NCBI GenBank assembly: GCA_043228905.1 | Contig: JBHGNT010000001.1 | Span: 30,194,001-30,258,000 of the forward strand | DNA length: 64,000 nucleotides | Reading direction: 5' to 3' | Source of the DNA: Azolla caroliniana | Taxonomy: Eukaryota > Plantae > Polypodiophyta | Part shown: positions 51,220-63,877 of the stretch, piece by piece | Layout: each line of letters starts with the position of its first letter | How positions within the stretch are numbered: the stretch's first letter is position 1 | The notes under the pieces: generated by a model | Database searches by the model: none | The model's input: only the letters and a program-made list of their open reading frames with translations | Told to the model about the DNA's origin: nothing | Program-made: the position numbers and the translations under genes

Positions 51220-53358
51220 GGCAATGACTATTATAAGGCGCTCTATAATCTGCTTGCTTTATCAGCTAATTATAAATCAGTGAATCAATCGATCGATCAC
51301 TTTGGGTAGGCCCGCAGGATGAGAGAGATGGATGGATGGATGGCTTCAGAAGGATTCGAACCTTAAACCCTAAACCCACAGCCGAAGAACTAACTTACCT
51401 GCTTCTTCTTCTTCCTCCTCTTTCTCCGCTGTCTGCCATGTGAAGAAGTGAATGAATAAATGAATGTATGTGTCCCAAGACCCCTACTCTTTCTCCATTT
51501 ATACTACTACTACTACTGCTACTACCATATTACGTAATATACTCGAATGCATTGGCAAACATTCTTTTTCATACGAATGTAAATGAATGCGTATGTTATC
51601 AAAACATTCTTATGTTTTTTTTTTAACACTTTTTACCTTAACTTTCTTACCTTGAAAAAAAACAATGAATACAAAAGTATGGTATTTACCATACTTTCGA
51701 GTGTGTTTTACCATACTCGAATGATTTAAACATTCCCGAATGGTACGTATGGTTCATACTATGATAGTCTATTACTACTACTTCAATTAGAGACTCTTCT
51801 AACATTCCCAAGTTAAAGTAAGTAGTCTTCAAAGTCTCTTCTTCTTCCTTGGCTTCCAAGGAAAAAGTTAAAGGTTTGTGTATGTGTGGACGTGACACGT
51901 CGAGACCTCGATTTTGCTCATTGCTTCTCCTGACATGACATCATTGCTTATTGCGACACACACGACCCCATTTCTCCCTTCTTCAGAATTCTGCACTTGC
52001 CCAATCATGTACTCTCTTTTTTAACCTTATACCTTCGTTTTAAAGAACAAAGTGTGCTTAAAGATCTCCCTATTTTCAATTTGTAAAATTGTATGTTTTG
52101 TGGGTACTAGTTAATAAAAGCCAAAGTTGCCCATGTGAAAAAAGAAGAAGAAATACATCATTTAATGATGTTCGTCCTTGTCCATAATAGACATGTATAC
52201 TTTAAAACTAAAAGAATACCGTCACTTTGAATCAACTAAGTATGGAGAGAGCTTATGTGAGACTTTGAGTGTCTAACCATGTCTACGTATTTTATGCCTC
52301 CTTAACGTCAATAATTAAGTGTTTCGTAAAGTGCTCACAATATATTCATTCTCCTAATTTCTTATCCGATACTTATGTGTGTTGGTGCCTAATCTCCTAA
52401 TTGGAGTTACATGACTATCTCAATTCCTACACCCTCTACTACGTTGGCCAAAGTGATCGCCTCTCTCCATGACATCTCGTGATAATATTCAATCCCTTCA
52501 ATTCTTTCATCACATCATATGGTTTAGTATTTGATCGAAATGTTTGAGTTATAAAAAAAACATGTACTACATACATTAAAAGAAACAAAATAATTTCACT
52601 CATGATTTATAATCTTACTTCTAAAATAATATCTTAAAAGCTCATAATTCTACAAATGAATCTTCCTAATTGATTGAGGCATAAGTTGAGGATTAGCCCA
52701 ATATTGGTACTACAAGTGGTGAAATTAGAAAATCTCACTAAAGGTAATTATCAATTTATCTTTTTCTCAAAGTCAAATGCGTGTAGAGTAGAAGAGTGGG
52801 ATGGGCTGCAGTATCGCCGGGGGCAATTCATCGTTCTTTTTGGTGTTAACTCTAAAATCTTCATCAACATAATAAATTGTCTGTCTAGGATATATCCCAA
52901 AGCATTTCAAATAAGGTAACCATGCAAATCGTTCAGGACTGATTCAATTACGGATATAGTGAAGAAAGTCTCTTGTAAAGGCAATCAATGCTTTCACGCC
53001 ATGCGTTTATTTAGGTCATAAGAATGTCTTCTCTTATTAAAACATGAATGAATACACCAGACCCCTTCCAATCAATAATCACATGGAAGTGAGGCGATGT
53101 TGCTAATAACAAATTAAAAAAGGGTGGCTTCCTCAATAAAACAAAAAAGATTGTTCCATCATGGCTTTTCCTTGGGGAACACTCATATAAAGATTAATGG
53201 GGAGAAAACAATTTGAGGCAATGTAATGAATAATGAATGGAAATATGCCATGGCCGGACAAAGTTAGGGTTGTCGCGAGGCATGGGAGGGAGGAAGACAG
53301 GTTTTGGGTGATTTGGGGGTGTTGTGAGCTGAGTGAGACTTATATATAACCACCATCA

Positions 53359-53360
<2 letters not shown>

Positions 53361-53387
<27 letters not shown>
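53361..53387 (-). repeat. (TAG)9 microsatellite beginning at the invertase stop codon
   Basis: The plus strand shows CTA x9 followed by CTG, the last Gln codon. Confidence 0.95.
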
Positions 53388-53389
<2 letters not shown>

Positions 53390-56300
53390 GGAGAGCAAAG
53401 AAAGGGTGCATGTAGACCTTAGAGATTTGCCAAGCATTCAGATTTTGGACATTTATGGGTGTGGTGCCATTGTTAAACAAGAACAACTTTGCTGAATCCT
53501 CCAAAGCTATGGTGGGGTAGACCCTGGATGTTATGCATACCCTGCCTCCTTGTGCAAATGTCTCCACTATTGAATGATCAACCTACAAATCCAATTTCAT
53601 ACCCGCTTAAAAACAATTGAGTTTTTTTCCCATTACACTTAACAAACAAACAACATAATTCTTAGACTCCAATTTTTGGATCAATTTCCTTTCGTCGATC
53701 ATCCCCCTTCCAATTTCAAAACTACTAAAAAAAAAAACTAGCCCAAAATATATCAGGAAAAGGCTATTCAAAACATCTTCTTCATATAATTTATGATATA
53801 AATTGATTTTAACTAGCTGTTTCTCTAATTTTCTAACAGATTTTTTTTTTTTAAGTGAAATTTTCAATCAATATGAGTGGTACTGAGAGAGAAATGGCTA
53901 AAATTTAATGTTTGATTCGATTGATTTGGCAATGCTGTAACGTTTATCATCTCTTGGGATAAATAGTATTAGTCATGGTTTCTTTATTTGAACTTACCAC
54001 AACACGGAGAGAAAGAGTGGTCTCATTCTCTAGGAGAGGAACAAAAGACCCATAGATCGATTTGTCCACATCTTCTGCTAGGGTTGATCTGAAAGAAAAC
54101 CAAGCATGGATGGAACTCAGAAAAACAACCCCATCAAATTTGAATCGTTTGCTCATAAAAATGCCCTACATAATATATACATTATCCATAGTTGTTTTAT
54201 GAACATAACTACCTGGATTGGTCATTGCACACCAGAGCAGCCCATTTGCCATCAATGTAAGTGAAGTAGAAATAGACTGATGTGTGCTCTTGCAAATCTT
54301 CTGAGGCGAGAACAAGTAATCCAAAGGGTCCATAGTAACCCTGCTTCGTCGAACCCACCTCCGCACAACTGTATACTGCCTCATCATCGTCATTAATGAC
54401 AAATCTTTCATGACGATCACTACTTGTATCGTTTGATGATGACCAGGAAGAAGATGGTATCGGGTTGTCGATCGTTATCTCGATATCCCACTGCCAGAAA
54501 AATAATCTCGAAATTTTTAGTTTGATTTCATCATATATCTGTTTCCTCTTCATCCTAATTTGAATTAATAATGAAGTAGCATTTTTAGGCCTATCCTCTT
54601 CTTTTCTCAATTCTATTGGCACTACTTGAATTAATCATCTATCTATCTGTTTCATCCCCATCCTAGCTTGAATTAATCATCTATCTATCTGTTTCATCCT
54701 CATCCTACCGAAATGAACGAGGTGTCATGAGGGCCGAGAATTTTACCTGAGCTCCCGAGCCATCGGAAACCTCAAATAGAGACCCACTCTCTAGCACCAC
54801 ATTGTTTACTGACACATTGGATCTGCGAAGATCTGAGAATTCTTCGACTGGCCATTGTATCAGATTCGATTGTGTTGCATTATCGAACCAAACCTGTCTT
54901 GGTAGAGCCTTCAAGAGACAAAAATCATTTGATTAAGATACAATTTGAAGGGAGCTGATAGTGATTTCCTTTCAAACATTAAGAAGGCATTTCCTTACCT
55001 GAATAGATGCCCATCCTTTCTCAATATCATTTTGCAAGCTATCCGATTCGTTGATCCAACCCCACAAAATCCTCCGCGCCTTATTCTCATCATAAAACGT
55101 CTTTGAGGCATAAAACTTGCCATAGTCATATCTCAACCCAAGCCCAAGATCAGCAGGTGGAGAGTCAGGCGAGAAGGTATAGTTCTCATAGTCATAAGTT
55201 CCAATTGTGTAGAAATCAAGCTTGGTATTATCCATACTAGCCTTAATCACATGCTTCACATCCTCTCCATAGGCCGAGGTATCCACGCCCACATCCGATC
55301 CTGACCTAAGAATAGGGTAGAAATCAAGGCATTCCCACATACCAGTCCCTTCAACTTGATGCAAATATCCATCTTGAAGTGTCCAGCTAAGGAAATCAGA
55401 GCTTTGGTATATCAACGCGATACCAGTATCATTCACTTTCGATCCGATCGCCATTCTCCAAAGGCCATCATTTCCAAGCCAAGCTGTGGTTGGGTCGCGG
55501 AAATCAGTGGAAAGGATGCCATTCGGTGGCTCTAAAACTGGGTTTTGACTAACTTTCGTCCAATTCCGGAGTAGGAAATCAGTTGGGTCAGACGGGTAAG
55601 CGAGGTTTTGGACTTGAACTGATGTATTTGTTGATCCAGTGTATAGTATCTTTGGTGTTCCATTGGCCATGAAAGTGGCTGAACCCGTCCACACTCCTCG
55701 GATATCATACCATTCGTCAGGAACCATGGCTAAGTCTAAGTATAGCCAATGGATCAGATCTACCGATACTGCATGGCCCCATGAGATCAACCCCCAGAAT
55801 GCATCATGTGGGTTGTATTGATAGAATAGGTGATACCATCCATTATAATACAATGGAGCTGCAATTATGGAAGAATCCATGCATCATCGAAAAAATTCAC
55901 AATCCATCAAAACACAAAGTCCTAAGAAACTTAAGATCCATATCATTAAAGCAGAATGTCGTGTAAAATTCAGTGTTTCTTTTTACTTGGTTACACTACA
56001 ATTTCATGAAGGATACATGGAAAAATGCTTGCTTACCATTGGGGTCTGTGTTTTCACTCGCAATTCATCACCAAAGACCAACCCCCCAAGTCGATCAGCA
56101 TATGAAAACATCATTCAGACAGCAAGACAAGATTAGAAACCATGATTGGCTGAAAGAAAAATATAGAAGTAGTTGATTAAGGGTAATTATGATTAGAACA
56201 TAACAGATATATATATATATAAGTATGTACATGTACATGCATATGCCTATGCATGCGTCTATGTCTATGCCTATGTCTATGCCATTGCACATATATATAT

Positions 56301-56896
56301 GTATATGCATGTATATGTATACCATTCATCCAATTGTGCTCTGGTTGGAAATGGAAGGAAGTGCGTAGATATTCGCGTGCAGTATCGTTCCATGGAGAAG
56401 AGTAAGGTCTCCCCTTCCCCTGATGAGACTTAGTGAGTTCTTTACTCTTTGGCGTAAAGAAGGGAAACTCTCCACCGTCGCCATTGCCACGGCTTGAACT
56501 TGAATTCGAAGAAGAATAAAGTCCATCTGCAGAAAACGAAGTGAAATTCAAAACGGAAAAGAACCCAGTTTAGATCGTGCTGCTCTTATTTGCTTCCAAT
56601 CTGGGTTTCCAGGGTTTGATGCGGAGAATATAGATCGAAAAGGAGAAGAAAAACTTACCTGCAATGTTTAAGCTTAAAATAGACCCTGATCGCTCGAACT
56701 GGTCTTGGGAATGGCCAGAGGAAGAGGAAAGAGAAGAGTCAAAGACGATGGCTAAAATGCAACCGAGTAGGAGCAAGAGAGAAAGAAGAAGAAAAATAGA
56801 AGCTTTAATGGCGTGGGAATTTCTTTGTGGTGGGGGGGGAGATAAGAGAGGAGAATGAAGAGCAGAGGAATCGTGGCAAAGCAGAGAAGGAGCCAT
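53385..56896 (-). CDS. GH32 acid beta-fructofuranosidase, vacuolar-invertase type. Exons 56896-56659, 56526-56323, 56045-56037, 55858-54999, 54908-54747, 54490-54213, 54088-53998, 53582-53385
   Basis: N-terminal membrane anchor. [53 protein letters not shown] (non-Pro residue, vacuolar type), [12 protein letters not shown] and [23 protein letters not shown]. Confidence 0.95.
54625..54707. repeat. Tandem duplication, 2 x 42 bp, in an invertase intron
   Basis: CTTGAATTAATCATCTATCTATCTGTTTCATCC at 54625 and 54667. Confidence 0.9.
56037..56045 (-). other. 9-nt mini-exon of the invertase (ACCCCAATG) completing the NDPN catalytic motif
   Basis: The minus strand reads cag|ACCCCAATG|gtaagc. Phases fit both neighbouring exons. 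The mini-exon is an established feature of plant GH32 genes. Confidence 0.95.
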
Positions 56897-57180
56897 GGAT
56901 TCTCTCTATGTAGAACACAGAGGAATTCGTGCGAATCGATCGATATGAGAAGCCCAGGAACGTTTATTATACTGTTTCTTTTAAACCAGAAGGCAAACGC
57001 TTTTTGGATTAAGCAGAAAGAAAGAACGAAAAAAAATTAAAAAGCATTCAATTTAGCTTTATTGGCGGTAAATGTGGCTTTTTTGTTTTGCTTTTTGCTA
57101 CTACTGATCAGTGATGGGGGGAGGAGGAGGAGGAGGAGGAGCTTTTTCCTTGCTTTTTTCAATTGCCCAAAACGGTCTTC

Positions 57181-57182
<2 letters not shown>

Positions 57183-57244
<62 letters not shown>
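57183..57244. repeat. (CT)n microsatellite upstream of the invertase
   Basis: Long pure CT run. Confidence 0.92.
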
Positions 57245-57247
<3 letters not shown>

Positions 57248-57401
57248 CTTTTTTTGCTTTCGGCACAACGACAAAAAAACAAAGAAAAACGTAGTCACAC
57301 ACACACACACACTGTCACTTATCTAAACACTTGAGACATATGAAGAAGAAGAAGAAGAAGAAGGCGAAGTGCCATTGCCCATACTTCTCGGCCTTGCCCT
57401 T

Positions 57402-57485
57402 GGGTTTAGGGTTTAGGGTTTAGGGTTTAGGGGTTCGGGTTTCGGGTTTCGGGTTTAGGATTTTGGGTTTAGGGGTTTAGGGGTT
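57402..57485 (+). repeat. Interstitial telomeric-type tract (TTTAGGG with TTTCGGG and TTTAGGGG variants)
   Basis: GGGTTTAGGGTTTAGGGTTTAGGGTTTAGGGGTTCGGGTTTCGGGTTTCGGGTTTAGG... continues for about 12 units. Confidence 0.92.
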
Positions 57486-57927
57486 CAAATCCAATTAATG
57501 TAACCACTCAGACATGCAATGAATGTTCCGATGCTATTCTCACTTGTCTCATTTCGTGATCACCCTTAACTTGTAGTGTTCAGTTACCGCAAGGCAAACG
57601 TGGCGTCGCTAATGTTATGTTCTCGTGGCAAGTATTTATCCCCTCTTTTATATAGATGCATGTCTTGACACGCACGTTTGGGCATTGCAAGTCGACCATG
57701 TTCACATGTCGAGTACACTCGCTTGGCGATCCTATAAACAAACGAGATAATAACTTGAAATTGCTAAGAAAAAACTTTAGTAAGACATTTTCTTTTACCC
57801 AAGTTATATCCGATCTCAAGATTGGAAAGGAGTTTAACGGCGCAATTCGTTTGTAAAGGGATTGCACGTCAACAAGGCATATATGACGTATTCTTGAGTT
57901 TCATATACATGCAACATTAGCTCCCTC

Positions 57928-58277
57928 TCATTTCATGTGTCCTTTGAAACAAGAATGTTTTGTGATTACATGGCAACTGAATTTCCTTATCATTTTGTAA
58001 TGTTCTCTACGTAATGCCCAATATTTGCTCTTTGGGCATTTCAATGTCCACCAAAGAAATAGTATCACTTTCAATCTAGCCTTGTTGGTGTGTTGTGTCC
58101 CTGTCATTTCATGTGTCCTTTGAAACAAGAATGTTTTCTGATTGCATGGCAATTGAATTTCCTTATCATATTGTAATGTTCTCTACATAATACCCAATAT
58201 TTGCTATTTGGGCATTTCAATGCCCACCAAAGAAATAGTGTCACTTTCAATCTAGCCTTGTTGGTGTGTTGTGTCCC
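57928..58277. repeat. Tandem duplication, 2 x 176 bp
   Basis: TCATTTCATGTGTCCTTTGAAACAAG at 57928 and 58104, with several substitutions between copies. Confidence 0.93.
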
Positions 58278-61200
58278 ATGGTCTACTGTAGACATCTTAA
58301 ATGTTCCATTGTCTGTCCTAATACATAATATTTGGTGATAGTATTTCAATCAAAGCTCACTGGTGTGTTGTAGCATTGTAATTCACTTCTAATGTATTTA
58401 CCATATGTGAATTTCTATGATATCTCTGTAACATGTATTGCAGACCCAATCAACGTCATTGATGCTTTTCACCGTTGCATTTGTAATTTCATTCCATGTG
58501 CATTTTAATAAATGCTTTGTATTTTCAATCAACCACATCATTTTTTTGAGAGAGGTGCTCCATTGTTTTGACATTACTTGTTTGAAACTATTTATCATCA
58601 AATTCGAAATTAATGGAAAGGATTACTATTTGAGATATAAAGCTATTGAATGTGAAATTAGTATGTGTTTCTATTTTTCAAAAAATTGCTTCTTAAGTTT
58701 AAGTAGTGTTTTTCTCATATGAAATGTGAACCTTTCTACCATATGTATTTCATAATTTTTGTTGTATACAATAATCTTGCATCTCCAAAAACAAAGTGGT
58801 TGGATTTTTTTTCCATCTTTAGAATATAGTCAATTCTACAAGTCATGTCCAACTTCAAGAAGTATATCAAAGCCAATGCATAGTTTCTTTATTTAAATTG
58901 TCTTCCCATAAATGGCTCATCAAGATTACTATTATCGTTACATCTTAGACACAACTCATGTATGTAGCATGGTCTCCACTATTTGGGTGGTTGTTAAAGT
59001 AGCATACGTATTGTATTCCCAGCATTCCTTGTTCATTCTTTGCTCCCAATGCCCCATCACCTTTCATTGTGCAAAGTGGGCTTATGTTTCTCGTGGATCT
59101 AGCATGTTATTCCTATTGGTAATGTTTTTCCCATCATTAGTATATACTCATTGTTTGATTCTTCACAGGATGTCTACTTTTACCAAGTTGGTCTAACTCT
59201 TTGTTAAGTCCAAAGACTTTCTAAATACTTTTGGTTTTCGAAGCTTGAGCCTAACATGGTGAGATACCTTGTCGTGCAAGAGTTTTGAGTCTTCGGTGTT
59301 GTATAGGCTATTGAAGTTTTTATATAATATTTCAGAATATCTCCTCGTAGCCATTTGTTGTGGCATCACATTTTCTACCTATATACTAACCCACCATTGT
59401 TGCTATAATTCACCATTTGCTCGCAAAAACATGACTTGTGCTAAAGCCGAGCACTTGTCCATAAGTAATTAATTCAAATATCTTTTTGAATTCCTATCAC
59501 ATTGTATGTTTAAAGAAAAATGTTTTGGACAATTCGCTCTATTTATCGAATATTAGTTTATTAGTATTTTCCAGATTTTTTGAGAGAAAAACAAATATGA
59601 TGTCTCACTATAAGTTGTTCCATAAAACACTATCATTTAAGACGATCAATGTGAAAAAAACAATGAATAAATGTATCACATGCAAACACATGGCCAATAG
59701 AATCTTTGATCACATGAAGTTGTTGGGCAATCAAATATACAAATGAGGTAGCATTGTTGCAAATGCAGTAAAAAAATCCCTCGATATGTCAACAACCCCT
59801 TTTCCTTCAACAAAAGCATGATTCTCTTGGGTTGTATAATCTTTGTGAATGCTCCATGAGTGCCTATAGCTATTGCAAACATGCAATGGAGTTGGCGGTC
59901 AAGCGACAAATAAAATTGTTTACAACAAGGACATACATAATTTGAAACAAGAAACCTTAACCTTAAGATTCTATATCGGTCTAGACTCCACGAATTTCTC
60001 CTTGTACATAGAGAAGTGTTTATTTTCTAACGTCAAACTAGTTTTGAGAACCTCTTACTCAAATCAATGAATGAAAACATTGATTGGTCACATAAAAGGA
60101 TGTATTGGCAACTGCATCAACTAATATAATTCACATTGTGATTTGTACGTTAATTAACATTGGCATTGGTGTCAATTATAGTATCATTAACAAAGCTGGC
60201 AATAATCACTATGCTTGGCCACATAAGAGGATGTACCATAGCAACTAATATAATTAACATTGTGATTTGTATGTTCATTAATATTGGAATTGGTGTCAAT
60301 TTTTTGTGACTTAATGAACCAATATTGCATGTCGCTAATTTCTTTTGTTTCTCACAATGAACATGGGTGAAAATGGGATACTTTATTATTTGTATGAAAC
60401 CTTCCACATCAAAGTTTCTCGATAAGGACTCATGAAGTACAATTTTAAATATATGGTGATTGCATATATTATTACAGAAACCTCAAAGGGAGGTGGAAAT
60501 GGTAAATCCACAAAGAATCTTTATATATAGTATGTCATATTAGAAACATAAAAAATAGGGCATTCTGAACATCGTGACAAACGTACTAAGGTTGACAAGG
60601 GCGAAACTTGAATAGTGAATAGATTAAAGGGAAACAACGGGCCAAAGAAAGTTCATATTGTTTGGCAACTACGAAAACACTTTTTTAGTTGATAGATGCT
60701 CTAGAAGTTGGAAGTATACAAATCTTGATGCCTTGTTTCCCTACGTGAACAAACTCCATAAGATACTAGATGCCCATGATTTGTGACCAATCTATCTATG
60801 GTCATTTATGCACTTTGGAGACTAAAAACGAGCTCTACAAGGTTTCAAATCCAATATCAATTCTTGTTAACAACATACCATTATACACTTTTAAGCTTCA
60901 TATAATTACCTTGATTTCTATCCCTCCCTTCCCACTTGGAGAGGTTGTATCACATTATCCAACAACAAATCAAGTTTGTGTTAATCAAGCAATGAGGATT
61001 TTTTCTTTCTTGATTGTCAAAATGAGGAGTTGAACTAGGATACGAGGACATATGCATTGTTTCTCAAGCTAGGAGTCAATTAATTGAGTGAAGCATCAAG
61101 ACTTTGCATTAAGATTGAGCCAAGACATGGACATGTATCCAATATATTGAAACATGAACGCAAAAAATTCATGAACATTCAAGCTTAAGTAAGTAAAGCC

Positions 61201-62190
61201 TTTCATTGATTGGTTAAGAACGTCGCACACGATGTTCTCTAGTTTTTTTTGCCAATAAGCATTCCACGTAAAGAAAATTTGAACATAGGTATGATCACTT
61301 TTTGCACCACCAATATGCCCACGACTTGCCATTTCTTGACCACCATCTTACTGTTGAAAATTGGACGTTAACCTCTATAGCTTAAGCAAAATATTTGAAT
61401 GCACTATTTACAAATTAAAAATCATGAGTTGTATGCTTTGGTGTAAACTCACCAATGTGACTAAAGTATTTTGCAACGACAATTTTATAGCTACACCATT
61501 CATTGTCCCATAAGTACATGCACATCCATGCATATACAACAATATTAAATTTATTTCGTGTTACTTGAGTCTACAAGCTTGACAAACCTCATTATGCCAT
61601 CATGTTTATGCATTTGAATCTTAGAAAATTGCATGCACGATCTTCTTATATAATGTATAATGGCGATGCCTTCCATTTTCCTCATTTGATATGCCCAAGA
61701 ATATAAAAGTATCATATCACATTCCAAGAGATTTGTGAAATAATTGATAAAACTAGTATTACATGGCACATACATCTCACAAACTAAAATTGCATGATGG
61801 TCCCTAAAATCTACAATTAAGATCTCGATGATGTGACTCAATCATGTAAGGGTTCTTGAAATTCTCAATGCAAACATTAGATCTCACGATAAATCTAAGT
61901 TTAATAGATTATAGACATATTTTGTAAATATTTAAACTTTTCCCAATACAACATATGTTGATATAAATTTGATATTCCTCTAAGATTTTTCCAAGCAATG
62001 TCAAATTTATAAAAACTTAAATCTTGGATACAATGGAATTTTTCCTAGCCAATCTTTCCGAAGACCCCCATAAAATCAAGACTCAAATTACCCTTACACA
62101 AGACTGCATAGACCTAGAATTTCAAGTGGTTTGAATTAGATTTGACTAATGTGGCCTCACTACATGATAAGACTATTGTGATCAACACCA

Positions 62191-62388
62191 CACTTTCCTT
62201 GGTGGCATTTGCTAACTGAAGGTATAGATAGATTGTGATTAAGCATGTTTTATGGGCACTTTCCTTGGTGGCATTTGCTAACTGAAGGCATAGATAGATT
62301 GTGATTAAGCATGTTTTATGGGCACTTTCCTTGGTGGCATTTGCTAACTGAAAGTATAGATAGATTGTGATTAAGCATGTTTTATGGC
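62191..62388. repeat. Tandem repeat, 3 x 66 bp, downstream of the LPEAT-like stop
   Basis: CACTTTCCTTGGTGGCATTTGCTAACTGAA at 62191, 62257 and 62323. Confidence 0.95.
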
Positions 62389-62731
62389 ATCTACAAGCAA
62401 AATAACACACAACTACATTTCTATCGATTCCTATTTGACATTGTTGTCTCTTACGACTTACCTAATTTTAACCCCCATGGTTTTCACAACATCACTCACA
62501 AAATTAAAACCACCACCTCCAAATAAAGAAACATCATACTAGATAGATAACGTGTACCATGCCTAACGAAATGTTTCGCGTTTCATATGGAAGACAAGAA
62601 CTCTTAAAAGCAATACCGCTGACAATAAAGATAAGGGAGCAAAATACTAAATGTACAACACTTTGGAGGAGTATCCAATTACATGTAGTATGACGCATAC
62701 GGCGTTCAACAACGTTTGTGTTCAACTCTTC

Positions 62732-63117
62732 CTAATCTTTCAAAGACTCATATTCTGCAAGAAAAAACAGAGGATTCATTTCCAAAGTCTCATGGAGTTT
62801 TTATAAAGCAGAACTGATGTTGTTGAACCTTTACCATTTAAGAAGGTGTGATATATCCGCTTTTCTTTTAAACCAATTTCCGAGAGAAACAAACCACCCT
62901 GCAGAAAAAGTTCATCATGAGTTACAACATTGTAAACTTTCATCCTCTATTTAAAGTAGTAAAGATGATTTTTCACCTCAAAAGCCATCTGCTTTCGCAC
63001 ATTGCTAGCATACAACTTCGGATCAGCCTTCTCCTCCTCAGATGGAACATATACAGGAAGCCACAGGATTTCTAACCAATTTACGAATTGACAAAGCAGT
63101 AGAATAACATGTCTAAT
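62732..63117 (-). CDS. Lysophospholipid acyltransferase LPEAT1-like, last three exons (63117-62977, 62898-62835, 62754-62732). The rest probably lies beyond the window
   Basis: IRHVILLLCQFVNWLEILWLPVYVPSEEEKADPKLYASNVRKQMAFE|GGLFLSEIGLKEKRIYHTFLN(E)|YESLKD* matches the C-terminus of plant LPEAT1. GT-AG junctions keep frame. Confidence 0.87.
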
Positions 63118-63352
63118 CTGGAAAATTTGAGCATATAAGATAGATGGGATGAACAATATCATCCAATGTAGCCTTGCAAAGGTAATCTTATGTGACACTA
63201 ATAAAAGCCTAAGCTGGACGCCCAAACAAGGGTAGGCATTGTAGTATGTAAAGCCATGAGAAACTTATTTCACGACTGAATATAACAAATGAAGATCCCC
63301 TGACTGTGAGAATTGCTGAAACAAATTATGTGAGAATGCACAAATGATTTAC

Positions 63353-63877
63353 GTTACAAGTTGTTTAGTTCCCCCAATAGCCAAGATACTATTGATTCCT
63401 CTACCTTCCACAATGAAATCCAATTAAATCAGGAAAAAATCCCATATGATGGGTATTTGTACCAAGCGATTCACTACTCTTTCCTAGTAAAGTTATTCGG
63501 ATTCATAGATTTAAACAGTCTCGGTTGTGGTTCATGCAACGTGTGCATGGCAAGTATGAACATGGTCTTAGTAAGAGTGGGGAAGATGCATATTTACTTG
63601 GTTGCATTAGAGGTGATTTGTGTTACAATGTGTTTAGTTCCCCAAATAGCTACTATACTATTGAGTCCTATAACTTTCATAATGAAAAAAAATCAATTGA
63701 GTCAGGCAAAAATCCATATTTTCCCCATATGATTGGTATATGTACCAACCAGTTCACCCTGCCTTCCAAGTACTGCTATTCTGATCCATAGATCTAAAAG
63801 GTCTCAGTAGTAGGTCCATGCACCTAAAGCATAGCAAGCATGAACATGATCTTAGTAGGCGTGGATGAAAAGCATAT
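63353..63877. repeat. Old, diverged tandem duplication (~270 bp period) in the presumed LPEAT intron
   Basis: Colinear blocks GTTACAA..TGTTTAGTTCCCC..ATACTATTGA..CCCATATGAT..TGTACCAA..CATAGAT..TGAACATG.TCTTAGTA start at ~63353 and ~63622. Confidence 0.8.

Noticed and set aside
57402-57485. A true chromosome end
   Set aside because: The tract is only ~85 bp, is degenerate, and has ordinary sequence and another gene beyond it.
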